This document shows positions 31,025 to 39,952 of a DNA stretch of 64,000 nt, one piece after another. Made by a program: the position numbers and the translations under genes. Each line of letters opens with the position of its first letter. Within the stretch, counting starts at the first letter, position 1. This DNA is from Candidatus Staskawiczbacteria bacterium. Lineage in GTDB: Bacteria > Patescibacteriota > Minisyncoccia > Minisyncoccales > Staskawiczbacteraceae. The notes beneath the pieces are model-generated. The model searched no databases. It was not told the origin of the DNA and saw nothing but the letters and a program-made list of their open reading frames with translations. The stretch lies in contig JBAZUH010000001.1 in NCBI GenBank assembly GCA_041661545.1, forward strand, positions 467,877 through 531,876, given 5' to 3'.

Positions 31025-33715
31025 CTAGTCTTTGAGGCATGCCCCCGATGCAACTTTGTCTCCTTCATCTAATCTCATTATTCTAACTCCTTGGGTATCT
31101 CGCCCTAAAAGAGATATAGACTTTATACTTGTTCTTATAACTTGCCCTTGCTGAGAAATAACAATTAAATCTTCCTCTTCTGCTACATCTTCTACAATAG
31201 CCGACATAATAATATGGCCTGTTTTGCTTGTTATTTTTGCTGTTTTAATTCCCGAGCCTCCCCTGCCTTGAGTTTTATATTGCCCAATATCTGTTCTTTT
31301 ACCATAACCATTTTCCATAACAATCAAAAAATATTTCTTTATTTTTTTTCCTTTGTCCGCCGTAGCTTCAGCGGAGGAGGATACAACATCCATTCCAATT
31401 ACTTCATCACCCTTTTTCAAACTAATACCTTTAACCCCGGCAGCTCCTCGGCCCATTGGTCTTATATCTTTTTCTTTAAATCTAATAGAAATTCCATTTT
31501 TAGTTGCTAAAATTAGGTCATCTTCACCAGTTGTTTTAACAACTTTTTTTAACGCATCTCCTTTTTCTAATTTTATAGCAATAATTCCACTTTTTCTAAC
31601 ATTTTCAAATTCTGACAAATCAGTTTTTTTGATTCTGCCATTTTTTGTAATCATTACCAAAAATTTATCTCCGCTTTGTTGCCTGGCTTGCCCCGCCGTA
31701 GCTTTAGCGGAGGAGGGCATTGGAATTAATGACAAAACTTTTTCTTCGTTTGATATTTCTAAAAAGTTTAGCAAACCTCGGCCACGAGCAACTCTATTGC
31801 CTTCTGGTATTTCATAAACTTGTGTTTGAAAAACTTTTCCAGAATCAGTAAAAAACATTAAATTATCATGGGTTGAAGCAGTCAAAAAGTGCTCTACAAT
31901 ATCATCTTGCATTGTTTTCATACCCATTAAACCCTTTCCTCCTCGTTTTTGTAATTTATAAGTAGCTGGATTTATTCTTTTTATGTAACCGCCTGTAGTT
32001 AAAGTTATAATTGTTTCTTCTAGTGGAACCAAATCAACTTCGGTAATTTCTCCCAGTTTCCCTTTAACAACTTTTGTTTTTCTTTTATCACCAAACTTTT
32101 CTCTTATATCTAAAAGCTCTTTTTTGATAATGGCTTTTAATTTTTCTGGACTTTTTAAAATAGCCAATAATTCTTTTATTGCTTCTAAAATTGCTTTTAG
32201 TTCGTCTTCTATTTTTTTTCTTTCTAATCCTGCTAATGTTTGCAACCTCATTTCTAAAATTGCTACTGCTTGCCTTTCGGTTAATTTAAATTTTTTAATT
32301 AAATTAGCTCTTGCTTCTTCTTTATCTGCAGATTTTTTAATTGTTTGAATAACTGCATCAATGTTTTTTAATGCAATCATTAAACCCTCTAATATATGGG
32401 CTCTTTCTTTGGCTTTTTCTAAATCAAATTGTGTTCTGCGAGTAACAACCTCTTCTCTGTGTTTAATAAAATATTTTAAAACATCGGCCAAAGATAAAAT
32501 TTCTGGCTGAATGCCATCTACTAATGCCAACAAATTTAAGTGAAAAGTTTTTTGAAGGCTAGTAAACTTGTATAATCTATTTAAAATTCTTTGTGGCTGA
32601 TAGCTTTTTTTAACATCAATTACAATGCGCATGCCTTCTCTGTCAGATAAATCTCTTATATCTTTTATTCCCTCAACCTTTTTTTCAGAAACCAATTCTG
32701 CCATTTGCTCTACCAAAGTAGATTTTAAAACTTGATAAGGAATTTCTGTAATTATAATTTGTTCTGCTCCATCTTTTTTTTCTACAACATCTGCTTTTCC
32801 ACGCATTAAAATAGCCCCCTTACCCTGAGAATAAGCAGTAATTATTTCTTTTTGGTCATAAATTATACCACCAGTTGGAAAATCAGGGCCCTGCACAAAT
32901 TCAAACAAATCTTCTGTTTCTGCTTTTGGGTGCTCTAGCACATATATAGAGGCATCAACAACTTCGGTTAAATTATGAGGTGGAATATTTGTTGCCATGC
33001 CAACGGCAATGCCCAAAGAACCATTTAAAAGCAATTGTGGCAATGGACTTGGCAAAACAGTTGGCTCGGTTGTCATGCCGTCATAGTTGTCAACAAATTT
33101 TACAGTATCTTTTTCAATATCTTTTAACATTTCGTCTCCTAGCTTTGTTAGCCTACATTCTGTATACCTAGCAGCAGCAGCTCCATCACCATCTATAGAA
33201 CCAAAGTTTCCTTGGCCATCTACCAATGTGTATCGCATATTAAAATCTTGCGCCATACGCACCAAACTTTCATAAACAGCTGTATCACCATGAGGGTGAT
33301 AACTTTTCAAAACCTCTCCAACTACCGCCATAGACTTTCTGTGTTTTGTGTTAGACCTTAAACCAGATTGCATCATTGCATATAAAATTCTTCTGTGAAC
33401 TGGTTTTAAACCATCTCTAACATCGGGCAGAGCACGTGCAACAATAACCGACATTGCATAATCAATGTATGATTCTTTAAGCTCGGTTACCATTTCGCGC
33501 TGAGTCACATTTCCCCTATTACTGTCGCCATGTTTTCCATCTTCTTGAGCTTTAGCCCTCGATTTTTTTTCTTCGCCCTTTTCTTCCTTATCTCCCTTTT
33601 CTTCACTTTTTTCATCCTTCTCCTCGGCTTCCTCGCCCGCCGAAGCCTCGGCGGAGGCTGGGTCTATTTCATCGTCAAGCTCCTCGTTAGATTTTGATTT
33701 TTTTATTTTGGCCAT
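31025..33715 (-). CDS. gyrA: DNA gyrase subunit A
   Basis: YAMSVIVARALPDVRDGLKPVHRRILY and C-terminal beta-pinwheel repeats. There is an acidic N-terminal extension and three in-frame GC-rich hairpin inserts. Confidence 0.95.
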   Translation of the reverse strand: MAKIKKSKSNEELDDEIDPASAEASAGEEAEEKDEKSEEKGDKEEKGEEKKSRAKAQEDGKHGDSNRGNVTQREMVTELKESYIDYAMSVIVARALPDVRDGLKPVHRRILYAMMQSGLRSNTKHRKSMAVVGEVLKSYHPHGDTAVYESLVRMAQDFNMRYTLVDGQGNFGSIDGDGAAAARYTECRLTKLGDEMLKDIEKDTVKFVDNYDGMTTEPTVLPSPLPQLLLNGSLGIAVGMATNIPPHNLTEVVDASIYVLEHPKAETEDLFEFVQGPDFPTGGIIYDQKEIITAYSQGKGAILMRGKADVVEKKDGAEQIIITEIPYQVLKSTLVEQMAELVSEKKVEGIKDIRDLSDREGMRIVIDVKKSYQPQRILNRLYKFTSLQKTFHLNLLALVDGIQPEILSLADVLKYFIKHREEVVTRRTQFDLEKAKERAHILEGLMIALKNIDAVIQTIKKSADKEEARANLIKKFKLTERQAVAILEMRLQTLAGLERKKIEDELKAILEAIKELLAILKSPEKLKAIIKKELLDIREKFGDKRKTKVVKGKLGEITEVDLVPLEETIITLTTGGYIKRINPATYKLQKRGGKGLMGMKTMQDDIVEHFLTASTHDNLMFFTDSGKVFQTQVYEIPEGNRVARGRGLLNFLEISNEEKVLSLIPMPSSAKATAGQARQQSGDKFLVMITKNGRIKKTDLSEFENVRKSGIIAIKLEKGDALKKVVKTTGEDDLILATKNGISIRFKEKDIRPMGRGAAGVKGISLKKGDEVIGMDVVSSSAEATADKGKKIKKYFLIVMENGYGKRTDIGQYKTQGRGGSGIKTAKITSKTGHIIMSAIVEDVAEEEDLIVISQQGQVIRTSIKSISLLGRDTQGVRIMRLDEGDKVASGACLKD

Positions 33716-33717
33716 TT

Positions 33718-34266
33718 TTATTTTTTTATGAATTTATCACTAGCTTGCAAGTTTAATGGTGCGAGCTTTTCCCATGTTATATTATAAGATTTATCTAAAG
33801 AAAACAACAAGTCTCCATTGTTGTGCTTTGCAGATTGCCCATTTTGGGATTTATAAGAATCAAAAAATACATTTATCTTATTATCGGCCTCTAATATATA
33901 AGCATTAGCGCTAAAATAATATTGAATACCATATGCCTCCAAGTTCGCCTTTAAACTAGACGTATTAGGGTCGTTATAAATCTCTAAATTATAAAATCTA
34001 GATTCATCCCCAAAAGAAGATACTTCCTCATTTTTATAAGTCCCTACCCAATTAAACTCTTGAGGTATTTGGCTCTGATCATCAACAGACAAATCTGGAA
34101 TAAATTGTGCTTCGCCTATTTTAGAAAAAGTATTTAAAGCTCCATTAATCCAAAAAAATAACATTGGCAAAGCTATAATCACAACAATTGTCCACAAAAT
34201 AATTTTCTTCTGCGTGTCAGGAAGATTTTGAAGTTTATTTAAAAATTGAGAAATTGAAAAATTCAT
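33718..34266 (-). CDS. Hypothetical membrane-anchored protein
   Basis: 182-aa ORF with an N-terminal TM helix (ILWTIVVIIALPMLFFWI) and host-like composition. It abuts the gyrA start. Confidence 0.6.
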   Translation of the reverse strand: MNFSISQFLNKLQNLPDTQKKIILWTIVVIIALPMLFFWINGALNTFSKIGEAQFIPDLSVDDQSQIPQEFNWVGTYKNEEVSSFGDESRFYNLEIYNDPNTSSLKANLEAYGIQYYFSANAYILEADNKINVFFDSYKSQNGQSAKHNNGDLLFSLDKSYNITWEKLAPLNLQASDKFIKK

Positions 34267-34301
34267 TGAAAATTGAAAATTATAAATTGAAAATTCAGTC
34301 G

Positions 34302-34961
34302 TTACGGCTGTAATACTACTATTTCCATTGCTCCTTCTTTTGGCATTGTGCTTTCTTTAACTATTAATTTATCTTGCGGTGCAACAGATTGCTTTCCCAT
34401 GGCTTTTAAAAATTTTGAAACATCATCTAAATCCACTTTTAATTTAGGTAAATTATAATGCATAGGAATTACAATTCTTGGTTCTATTTCAGAAATTATT
34501 TTTTGTGCTGCCGAAGAATCAATTGTATAACCACCACCAACAGGAATCATTAAAACATCAATTCCATCTATTTTTTCTAACTGTTCATCTGTTAATTCTT
34601 TTTGACCCAAATCTCCCAAATGGCAAAATTTCATATCTTCGGCCTCAATTATATAAATTGTATTTTTGCCTCTTTCTTTTCCCTCTTTATCATCATGATA
34701 TGAAGTAATGCCTCTTACAAAAATGCCCTTTATTTCATATTCACCAGGTCCATCTATAACAATGGGGTCACCTTTTACATCTTTTACATTATTATGGTCA
34801 TGATGATCGTGAGATACTAAAACCATATCAGCTGAAAAATTAGGAATTTTAAGTCCTGTTTTTTCATCAAAAGGATCAATTACTATATCTGCTGAATGAT
34901 CTCTTGAGTTAGAAACTGAAATTTGAAAGCAGGATTGCCCTGCCCAATAAATTTTTGCCAT
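34302..34961 (-). CDS. Metallo-beta-lactamase-fold hydrolase (UPF0173-like)
   Basis: VLVSHDHHDHNN (HxHxDH motif), 219 aa. Confidence 0.8.
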   Translation of the reverse strand: MAKIYWAGQSCFQISVSNSRDHSADIVIDPFDEKTGLKIPNFSADMVLVSHDHHDHNNVKDVKGDPIVIDGPGEYEIKGIFVRGITSYHDDKEGKERGKNTIYIIEAEDMKFCHLGDLGQKELTDEQLEKIDGIDVLMIPVGGGYTIDSSAAQKIISEIEPRIVIPMHYNLPKLKVDLDDVSKFLKAMGKQSVAPQDKLIVKESTMPKEGAMEIVVLQP

Positions 34962-34973
34962 GAATTATTTTTA

Positions 34974-35252
34974 TTATCTGTTTATTTCTTTCTTTACAAC
35001 CACAAATCTTTTAATGCCGTATGAAAATAATACTACCCCTAGCATTATCGCTATAGTTGATAAAAGCGTAGAATATATTGAAGGATAAATTTTAAATACA
35101 AAAAAACCTAAAGCAAATAATGCTAAAGATGTTCGCAAATAAGACAAACATGTTCTCTCATTGGCTAAATGAGTTCTATACTTTGCCAATACATTTATAT
35201 TATAAATATCTTCCATTTTTATTATTTTATCATAAACTATTTTCCACTTCAA
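34974..35252 (-). CDS. DUF202 (YidH-like) small membrane protein
   Basis: LANERTCLSYLRTSLAL motif followed by two TM helices. An internal start at MEDIY is possible. Confidence 0.65.
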   Translation of the reverse strand: MKWKIVYDKIIKMEDIYNINVLAKYRTHLANERTCLSYLRTSLALFALGFFVFKIYPSIYSTLLSTIAIMLGVVLFSYGIKRFVVVKKEINR

Positions 35253-35355
35253 CCCCCAAAATCTTAGTCAATATTTTTTTAAAAAAAGAAGCCCACATAA
35301 AGCAGGCCATTAGAAGAAGCTGATCGGCTATCAGCAATCAAAATCATGTCCGAAT

Positions 35356-35541
35356 TTAATGACCTGGTTGAAGAGAAAGCTCCCTGTCAACCTCGGCTAC
35401 AAGCACATCAATTGCCAAGGCGACGCTTTCATGCCCCATTCCGTGGAAAGTCGTATCTGCTTTTTTCGTCAAGTAATCTCTGACAATCCTCAACTCATCT
35501 TTCTTGCTCAATATTCTTCTTATGGCATTTATGGGATTCAT
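35356..35541 (-). CDS. Hypothetical small protein (61 aa), mid-GC, paralogous N-domain to the next gene
   Basis: KKDELRIVRDYL...LVAEVDREL aligns with KREKLQIVKEWL...ELVDREI of 35581..35964. Confidence 0.45.
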   Translation of the reverse strand: MNPINAIRRILSKKDELRIVRDYLTKKADTTFHGMGHESVALAIDVLVAEVDRELSLQPGH

Positions 35542-35580
35542 GACAGTTTTTTTGTTTTGTGCTTTGGAGGCAGAGCGTTT

Positions 35581-35964
35581 TTAAGGGCTATGTGCGGGCG
35601 CTTGGACGGGTTGCTCGGGCAACAATTCAAATTCGTCTAGTGTAACAGCCCTCGACTCTTCTTTAATGCGGTAAAAATCGCGCCCTATCAAAGTACTAAT
35701 TGTTACTGTTTGTCCCATCAGATGGCAAATACAAGTTCTATTTCCAGAAATATGATGACAAGCTCCGCAATGTATTATCTTTGCCTTTCTACCAACAAAA
35801 TCGCCCTTGTCGACATTCTTGGTTGCTTCTAGCTGTTGAGTAATCTCGCGGTCAACGAGCTCTATTAACAAACCAATTGTTTCCTTATGGCTACAACCCA
35901 ATCTCTGCAACAACAACCACTCCTTAACTATCTGGAGCTTTTCGCGCTTGCTAATTGTGTTCAT
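35581..35964 (-). CDS. Hypothetical protein (127 aa), mid-GC, Cys/His-rich centre
   Basis: HCGACHHISGNRTCICH cluster. No recognised family. Confidence 0.5.
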   Translation of the reverse strand: MNTISKREKLQIVKEWLLLQRLGCSHKETIGLLIELVDREITQQLEATKNVDKGDFVGRKAKIIHCGACHHISGNRTCICHLMGQTVTISTLIGRDFYRIKEESRAVTLDEFELLPEQPVQAPAHSP

Positions 35965-36193
35965 GATATTTTTCTTTCAGTTATTTTGTGATTTTCGCTC
36001 AATATTTACCTGACAACGAGCTACTTGCACATTACATTAAAAAATATTTTTTGTAAAGAATACTTTGGGGTTGCAAAAATTATTAAATAGTGTATATTAA
36101 GTACATTAGTAAATTAACACTGCTGGCCTGCAGCAGAACCCCGCCTTGGCGGGGGAAACAAATAAACAGGTGTTTTTTATTCTATAAAAAATT

Positions 36194-37267
36194 ATGATAA
36201 AAGATACAAAAAAAATAGACGACGCAAATGCCCCTCTTAATATTGGTTCAACCGTAGAGGGCAAAGTTGTGGCCAGAGATAGGTCTTCTCTTTATATTGA
36301 TTTAGGAATTCACGGCACTGGTATAATATATGGCCGAGAATTTTACAATGTAAAAGATATGGTAAAAAATTTAGAAACAGGAGATAAAGTTTTTGCCAAA
36401 ATTGTTGAAATGGAAAATGATGAAGGCTATAAAGAGCTTTCATTAAGAGATGCCACCAAAGAAATTGGCTGGCAAAGATTAAAAGATTTACGAGATGCTG
36501 GCACAATTTTAAGTGTTAGAATAAGTGGCGTAAACAAAGGCGGATTATTAACAAGTTTAGACGGCATACAAGCATTTTTGCCTGTTTCTCAATTGTCTGC
36601 TGAGCACTACCCTCGCGTGGCTGATGCTGACAAAGCAAAAATTTTAAAAGAATTACAAAAATTTATTGGCAAAACATTAGAAGTAAAAGTTTTAGATTTG
36701 TTAGCTGAAGAAAATAAATTAATTCTTTCAGAAAAAGCCAAGTCCGAAGAGAAAACAAAAGAAACTCTAAAAAATTATAAGAAAGGTGATATTGTTGAAG
36801 GACAAATAACTGGTATTGCTGATTTTGGAGCTTTTATAAAATTTCCATTTCCAATAGAAGATGAAAATGAACAAATTGAAGGATTAATTCATATTTCAGA
36901 ATTAGATTGGCAATTGGTTGAAAACCCAACCGAAGTTGTAAAAGTTGGTGAAGCTGTTAAAGCTCAAATTATCAACATAAACAATAATCAAGTTTTTCTT
37001 TCATTAAAATCTTTAAAGAAAAATCCTTGGGAAGAAATTGAAAAAGAATATAAAAAAGACGATGTTATAAAAGGAAAGGTAACTAAGTTTTCAACATTTG
37101 GAGCTTTTGTAGAAATTGCGCCAAAAATTAGAGGGCTTTGCCACATTTCTGAATTTGAGAGCAAAGAAAAAATGGAAGAACAATTAGAAATTGGCAAAAC
37201 TTATAACTTTCAAGTTATATCAATAGAACCAAGAGAACACAGAATGAGTTTAAAACTCGTAAAATAA
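36194..37267 (+). CDS. rpsA: 30S ribosomal protein S1 (short, four S1 domains)
   Basis: Four repeats of the S1 OB-fold pattern (GxxVxGxVxxxxxxGxFVxL...G..HISE). Confidence 0.85.
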   Translation: MIKDTKKIDDANAPLNIGSTVEGKVVARDRSSLYIDLGIHGTGIIYGREFYNVKDMVKNLETGDKVFAKIVEMENDEGYKELSLRDATKEIGWQRLKDLRDAGTILSVRISGVNKGGLLTSLDGIQAFLPVSQLSAEHYPRVADADKAKILKELQKFIGKTLEVKVLDLLAEENKLILSEKAKSEEKTKETLKNYKKGDIVEGQITGIADFGAFIKFPFPIEDENEQIEGLIHISELDWQLVENPTEVVKVGEAVKAQIININNNQVFLSLKSLKKNPWEEIEKEYKKDDVIKGKVTKFSTFGAFVEIAPKIRGLCHISEFESKEKMEEQLEIGKTYNFQVISIEPREHRMSLKLVK

Positions 37268-37282
37268 ATTACTTACGAAAAC

Positions 37283-37312
37283 AAAAAAAATGGGCACTCG
37301 CCCATTTTTTTT
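37283..37312 (+). terminator. Intrinsic terminator of rpsA
   Basis: aaaaaaaaTGGGCactcGCCCAtttttttt. Confidence 0.85.
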
Positions 37313-37323
37313 ATCTGCAGACC

Positions 37324-37352
37324 TTGACAATTTTTGAATATATTGATACATT
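37324..37352 (+). promoter_or_regulatory. Putative promoter of the NYN cassette
   Basis: TTGACA (37324..37329), a 17-nt spacer, then TACATT. The leader contains the direct repeat GAACCAGCCCGAC twice. Confidence 0.5.
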
Positions 37353-37409
37353 AAACAAGTTCACTTGCAATTTGACAAATAGAACCAGCCCGACAGAACC
37401 AGCCCGACC

Positions 37410-38009
37410 ATGAATATATTTAAAAAACGACCAACCTTGAGCCAGTTCGGGTTCCCTACTTCAAAGGAAGAACAAGTAATCTGGCTTATTGATTGGGAGA
37501 ACCTTTGGTACAGCTTAATGACACAATTTGGAGTTGAAGGCATAGATCTTAGCAGAAGAATTCAGGCTGTAAAAACTTGGCTCAAAAAAATTGGGGACTT
37601 ACTGGGTGGGCATGGATATGTTTTTGCACCCGAGCACCTTTCTGCAGTTCACCAGCAAATTTGCGTTGACAATGGGTTGTGGATTATAACTTGCCCCAAA
37701 AAGCAGTTACTTATTCCGCAAGAAAACCCTAAAACCGGTAGGCTGGAAGAACGGGTTGACACTGTTGACCAAACTATCATGGATTTTGCCAAGGCTTGGT
37801 TGGGCCATCCAAACTTTAAGACAATTTGTCTGGTTTCAGGAGACAAGGACTACATTCCGCTCTTTGAAGAACTTGCCCAGCATGGCATAAGAAGGGCTTT
37901 GGCTTTACCAACGCTTGGTTCTTTGTCACGCGACAAAAAGCTACTTGATTCGGTTGATACAAACCTAGCAACGGGCAGAAAAATGCTTTTGATGCTCGAC
38001 CGGGTTTAA
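37410..38009 (+). CDS. NYN-domain (LabA/DUF88-like) predicted ribonuclease
   Basis: VIWLIDWENL, TVDQTIMDFA and ICLVSGDKDYIPLFEELAQHGIR match the NYN acidic-residue pattern. Confidence 0.7.
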   Translation: MNIFKKRPTLSQFGFPTSKEEQVIWLIDWENLWYSLMTQFGVEGIDLSRRIQAVKTWLKKIGDLLGGHGYVFAPEHLSAVHQQICVDNGLWIITCPKKQLLIPQENPKTGRLEERVDTVDQTIMDFAKAWLGHPNFKTICLVSGDKDYIPLFEELAQHGIRRALALPTLGSLSRDKKLLDSVDTNLATGRKMLLMLDRV

Positions 38010-38018
38010 CTGAGGTAT

Positions 38019-38050
38019 GCGGCGATGAAAATTTCACGCTGCTTTTTTTT
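38019..38050 (+). terminator. Intrinsic terminator
   Basis: GCGGCGatgaaaatttcaCGCTGC followed by T8. Confidence 0.6.
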
Positions 38051-38065
38051 AAATGAATATCCCCC
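38051..38065 (+). repeat. Truncated 5' stub of a subfamily A hairpin repeat
   Basis: AAATGAATATCCCCC matches the first 14 nt of R5 and R1, then runs directly into the next promoter. Confidence 0.6.
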
Positions 38066-38075
38066 GCTCAAACTA

Positions 38076-38103
38076 TTGACATCTTTCTATTTTTATGTAT
38101 AAT
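38076..38103 (+). promoter_or_regulatory. Sigma70-type promoter of the GC-rich 503-aa gene
   Basis: TTGACA (38076..38081), a 16-nt spacer, then TATAAT (38098..38103). Confidence 0.65.
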
Positions 38104-38207
38104 TAAACTAGCTCATTTACTCATATAACGTTTTGATAAACACCGTCAGCCTACAGACACCCAACAAACCAACAACACCAACAACCGCCCGCAAGGGCCC
38201 TACCAAA

Positions 38208-39716
38208 GTGAAAGCAACCAAAAAAGCCGCGAAACAAGCGGCAGACACCAACGCCGTGCAAGCGGCGCCCGCAGAAGAAACCACCCCCGTGGTGGCCACC
38301 AAGACCAAGCCAGTTGCCAAGGGTGGCGCGAAAGCCCGCCCCAAAACGACTGTGCTCAGCAGTGCCAACTCCAACCCGTTCGCCAACTTGGGTGACGCCT
38401 TGACCGAATTGAGCCTCGGCGTGCCCGACCTCGACTCGCTCGCCGACGTTGACAGCGTTGGGCAAGGCCTCGAGGCCAAGAAGGCCGCCGCCGTCAAAGT
38501 GCGCGAAGGCATCGCCAATGCCCTCAAGTTCCTGCTTGGTCTTTTCCGCCGGCTTGCCGGTTGCGAAGACCGCATCGAGAAGCGGTTCATCCAGGAGGAG
38601 CTCCAAGAGTCGGAAGACAATGCCCGGGGTTACTTGGGCAAAGTGCTCAACCTCAAGGGCGCCCTCCGCACCATCGCCGCCGGCACGTACCTCAAAACCG
38701 TGCTCACCATGGACTACTCCTCGCCCGACGAGGTCGCCATGATGCTCCGGAATTTGGTGGACAATGGGCTCATCGTCTCCAAGGGTGAAGGCCCCTGCGT
38801 GACCATTGGGTATCAGGTGTATCGCCTTGGTGACTTCGGCTTCGACGCCGAGGATGTCAGGGAAATCACCGGCGTGATTGAGCAGTTCTCCCGCGTGGTG
38901 AAAACGAAGGAACGCGAACGGAGGGCGCAACTCCAGAAGGAAATCGCGGGGCAATCCCAGATTTCCCTGCAAGAAGCGCTTGACGGGAAAACCGGCAAAT
39001 GCCTGGTGACTGTTCCGGCCGAATCGTTCATCGACCGCTCCACCAAAAAGCCCGTGTGGCGTGGAGGTGGCGAGGTCCTATTCGACTTTGCCGACAAGCT
39101 CATCAAACCAATCCGCGCCAGCGGGTCGGTGGAACGCTTGGTCGGCGACCTCGCTGACCGTGGTGGGAGAATCACCCGCCACTCGCTTACGTGGGAGAAG
39201 GCCTCCGGACTGAACGGACTGGCGCAGGGCATCCAGCGGAAACTGGATGTCTCATGGAGTGATGCCCAGGATTTGGCCCGCGACTTCCTCACCATTTGGC
39301 ACCTCCTCAACCGTGGCATTCGCCACGCCGAGGAAGTCGTCAAGCAGGCTGACGAGCTGGCCCAACTGACTGCGAAGGCCGAGATCACCGCCGTGCAGTT
39401 CTTCGGGCTCAACGGCACCAAGGACGGCAAGCCCATCGAGGGCAAGCCTGCTCTCCTGCAACTCCAGGGAGTGGTCCGCTTGGAGGACCGCAACCTGTAC
39501 AATCCGTTCTTTCTCGCCAGGAGGATGACGGAAGAAGGCAAGGAGCTCGTCGAGGCGCTGGAAATTCCGGCATACCTCGAGGGATACCTTGAAACCGGGA
39601 AGAAATTCCCAATCGATCGCTGGAACACCCCTGTCGGCGACCTGATTCAAAAGATCAAGGGGCAAACCGAGATGACTGTCGCGACCGCGGCCGCCATCGC
39701 CAACCCGGCCGAGTGA
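38208..39716 (+). CDS. GC-rich protein of unknown function with a Lys/Ala-rich (histone H1-like) N-terminus
   Basis: The long ORF opens at a TTG at 38133. GTG at 38208 is favoured because the CCAAC-rich leader plus AAGGG resembles the leader of 27632. Amino-acid composition is balanced on the + strand. The minus-strand ORFs are GC artefacts. Confidence 0.7.
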   Translation: MKATKKAAKQAADTNAVQAAPAEETTPVVATKTKPVAKGGAKARPKTTVLSSANSNPFANLGDALTELSLGVPDLDSLADVDSVGQGLEAKKAAAVKVREGIANALKFLLGLFRRLAGCEDRIEKRFIQEELQESEDNARGYLGKVLNLKGALRTIAAGTYLKTVLTMDYSSPDEVAMMLRNLVDNGLIVSKGEGPCVTIGYQVYRLGDFGFDAEDVREITGVIEQFSRVVKTKERERRAQLQKEIAGQSQISLQEALDGKTGKCLVTVPAESFIDRSTKKPVWRGGGEVLFDFADKLIKPIRASGSVERLVGDLADRGGRITRHSLTWEKASGLNGLAQGIQRKLDVSWSDAQDLARDFLTIWHLLNRGIRHAEEVVKQADELAQLTAKAEITAVQFFGLNGTKDGKPIEGKPALLQLQGVVRLEDRNLYNPFFLARRMTEEGKELVEALEIPAYLEGYLETGKKFPIDRWNTPVGDLIQKIKGQTEMTVATAAAIANPAE

Positions 39717-39763
39717 TCGGCCACCCTCGTAGAGCTGACTCAACCAGTTAGCCTGCGACCTAT

Positions 39764-39807
39764 GGGGATGTGCGCGTAGCAATACGCGTGCATCCCCCCT
39801 TTTTTTG
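39764..39807 (+). terminator. Strong intrinsic terminator
   Basis: GGGGATGTGCGCGTAgcaaTACGCGTGCATCCCCcc followed by T7. Confidence 0.85.
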
Positions 39808-39813
39808 CACAGG

Positions 39814-39866
39814 CATCCTCCCAAATAGCATTTTTTGACACAAAAAATGTTACCATTTGGGGGGAT
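39814..39866 (+). repeat. Bulged hairpin repeat R4 (subfamily B)
   Basis: CATCCTCCCAAATAGCATTTTTTGacaCAAAAAATGTTAccaTTTGGGGGGAT. Confidence 0.85.
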
Positions 39867-39952
39867 TTTTCATTTATAGAAGACTTTCGTATAATATTTG
39901 AATAAATTTAAAAATTATGATAAACTATATTTATTAATACAGAAAAAAATAT

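Noticed and set aside
30946-31068. N-terminal extension of the double-pilin ORF (track ORF 30394..31068) overlapping the gyrA 3' end
   Set aside because: The extension lacks a signal peptide and overlaps gyrA. The internal start MKKLYAFGLILF gives a canonical signal peptide like those of the paralogs.
38117-39824. Minus-strand ORFs 38117..38620, 38151..38972, 38813..39628 and 39252..39824 in the second GC-rich island
   Set aside because: They are shadow ORFs of the + strand 38208..39716 gene. Their products are Arg/Gly/Pro-rich low-complexity sequence with no promoter or terminator in that orientation.
25380-39866. Assembly chimera as the source of the GC-rich islands
   Set aside because: This is tentatively rejected. 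Each island is short and is embedded between backbone genes. Each carries AT-rich host-style promoters inside its boundaries and shares the hairpin repeat with pure backbone loci such as R3. Read mapping is still required to be sure.
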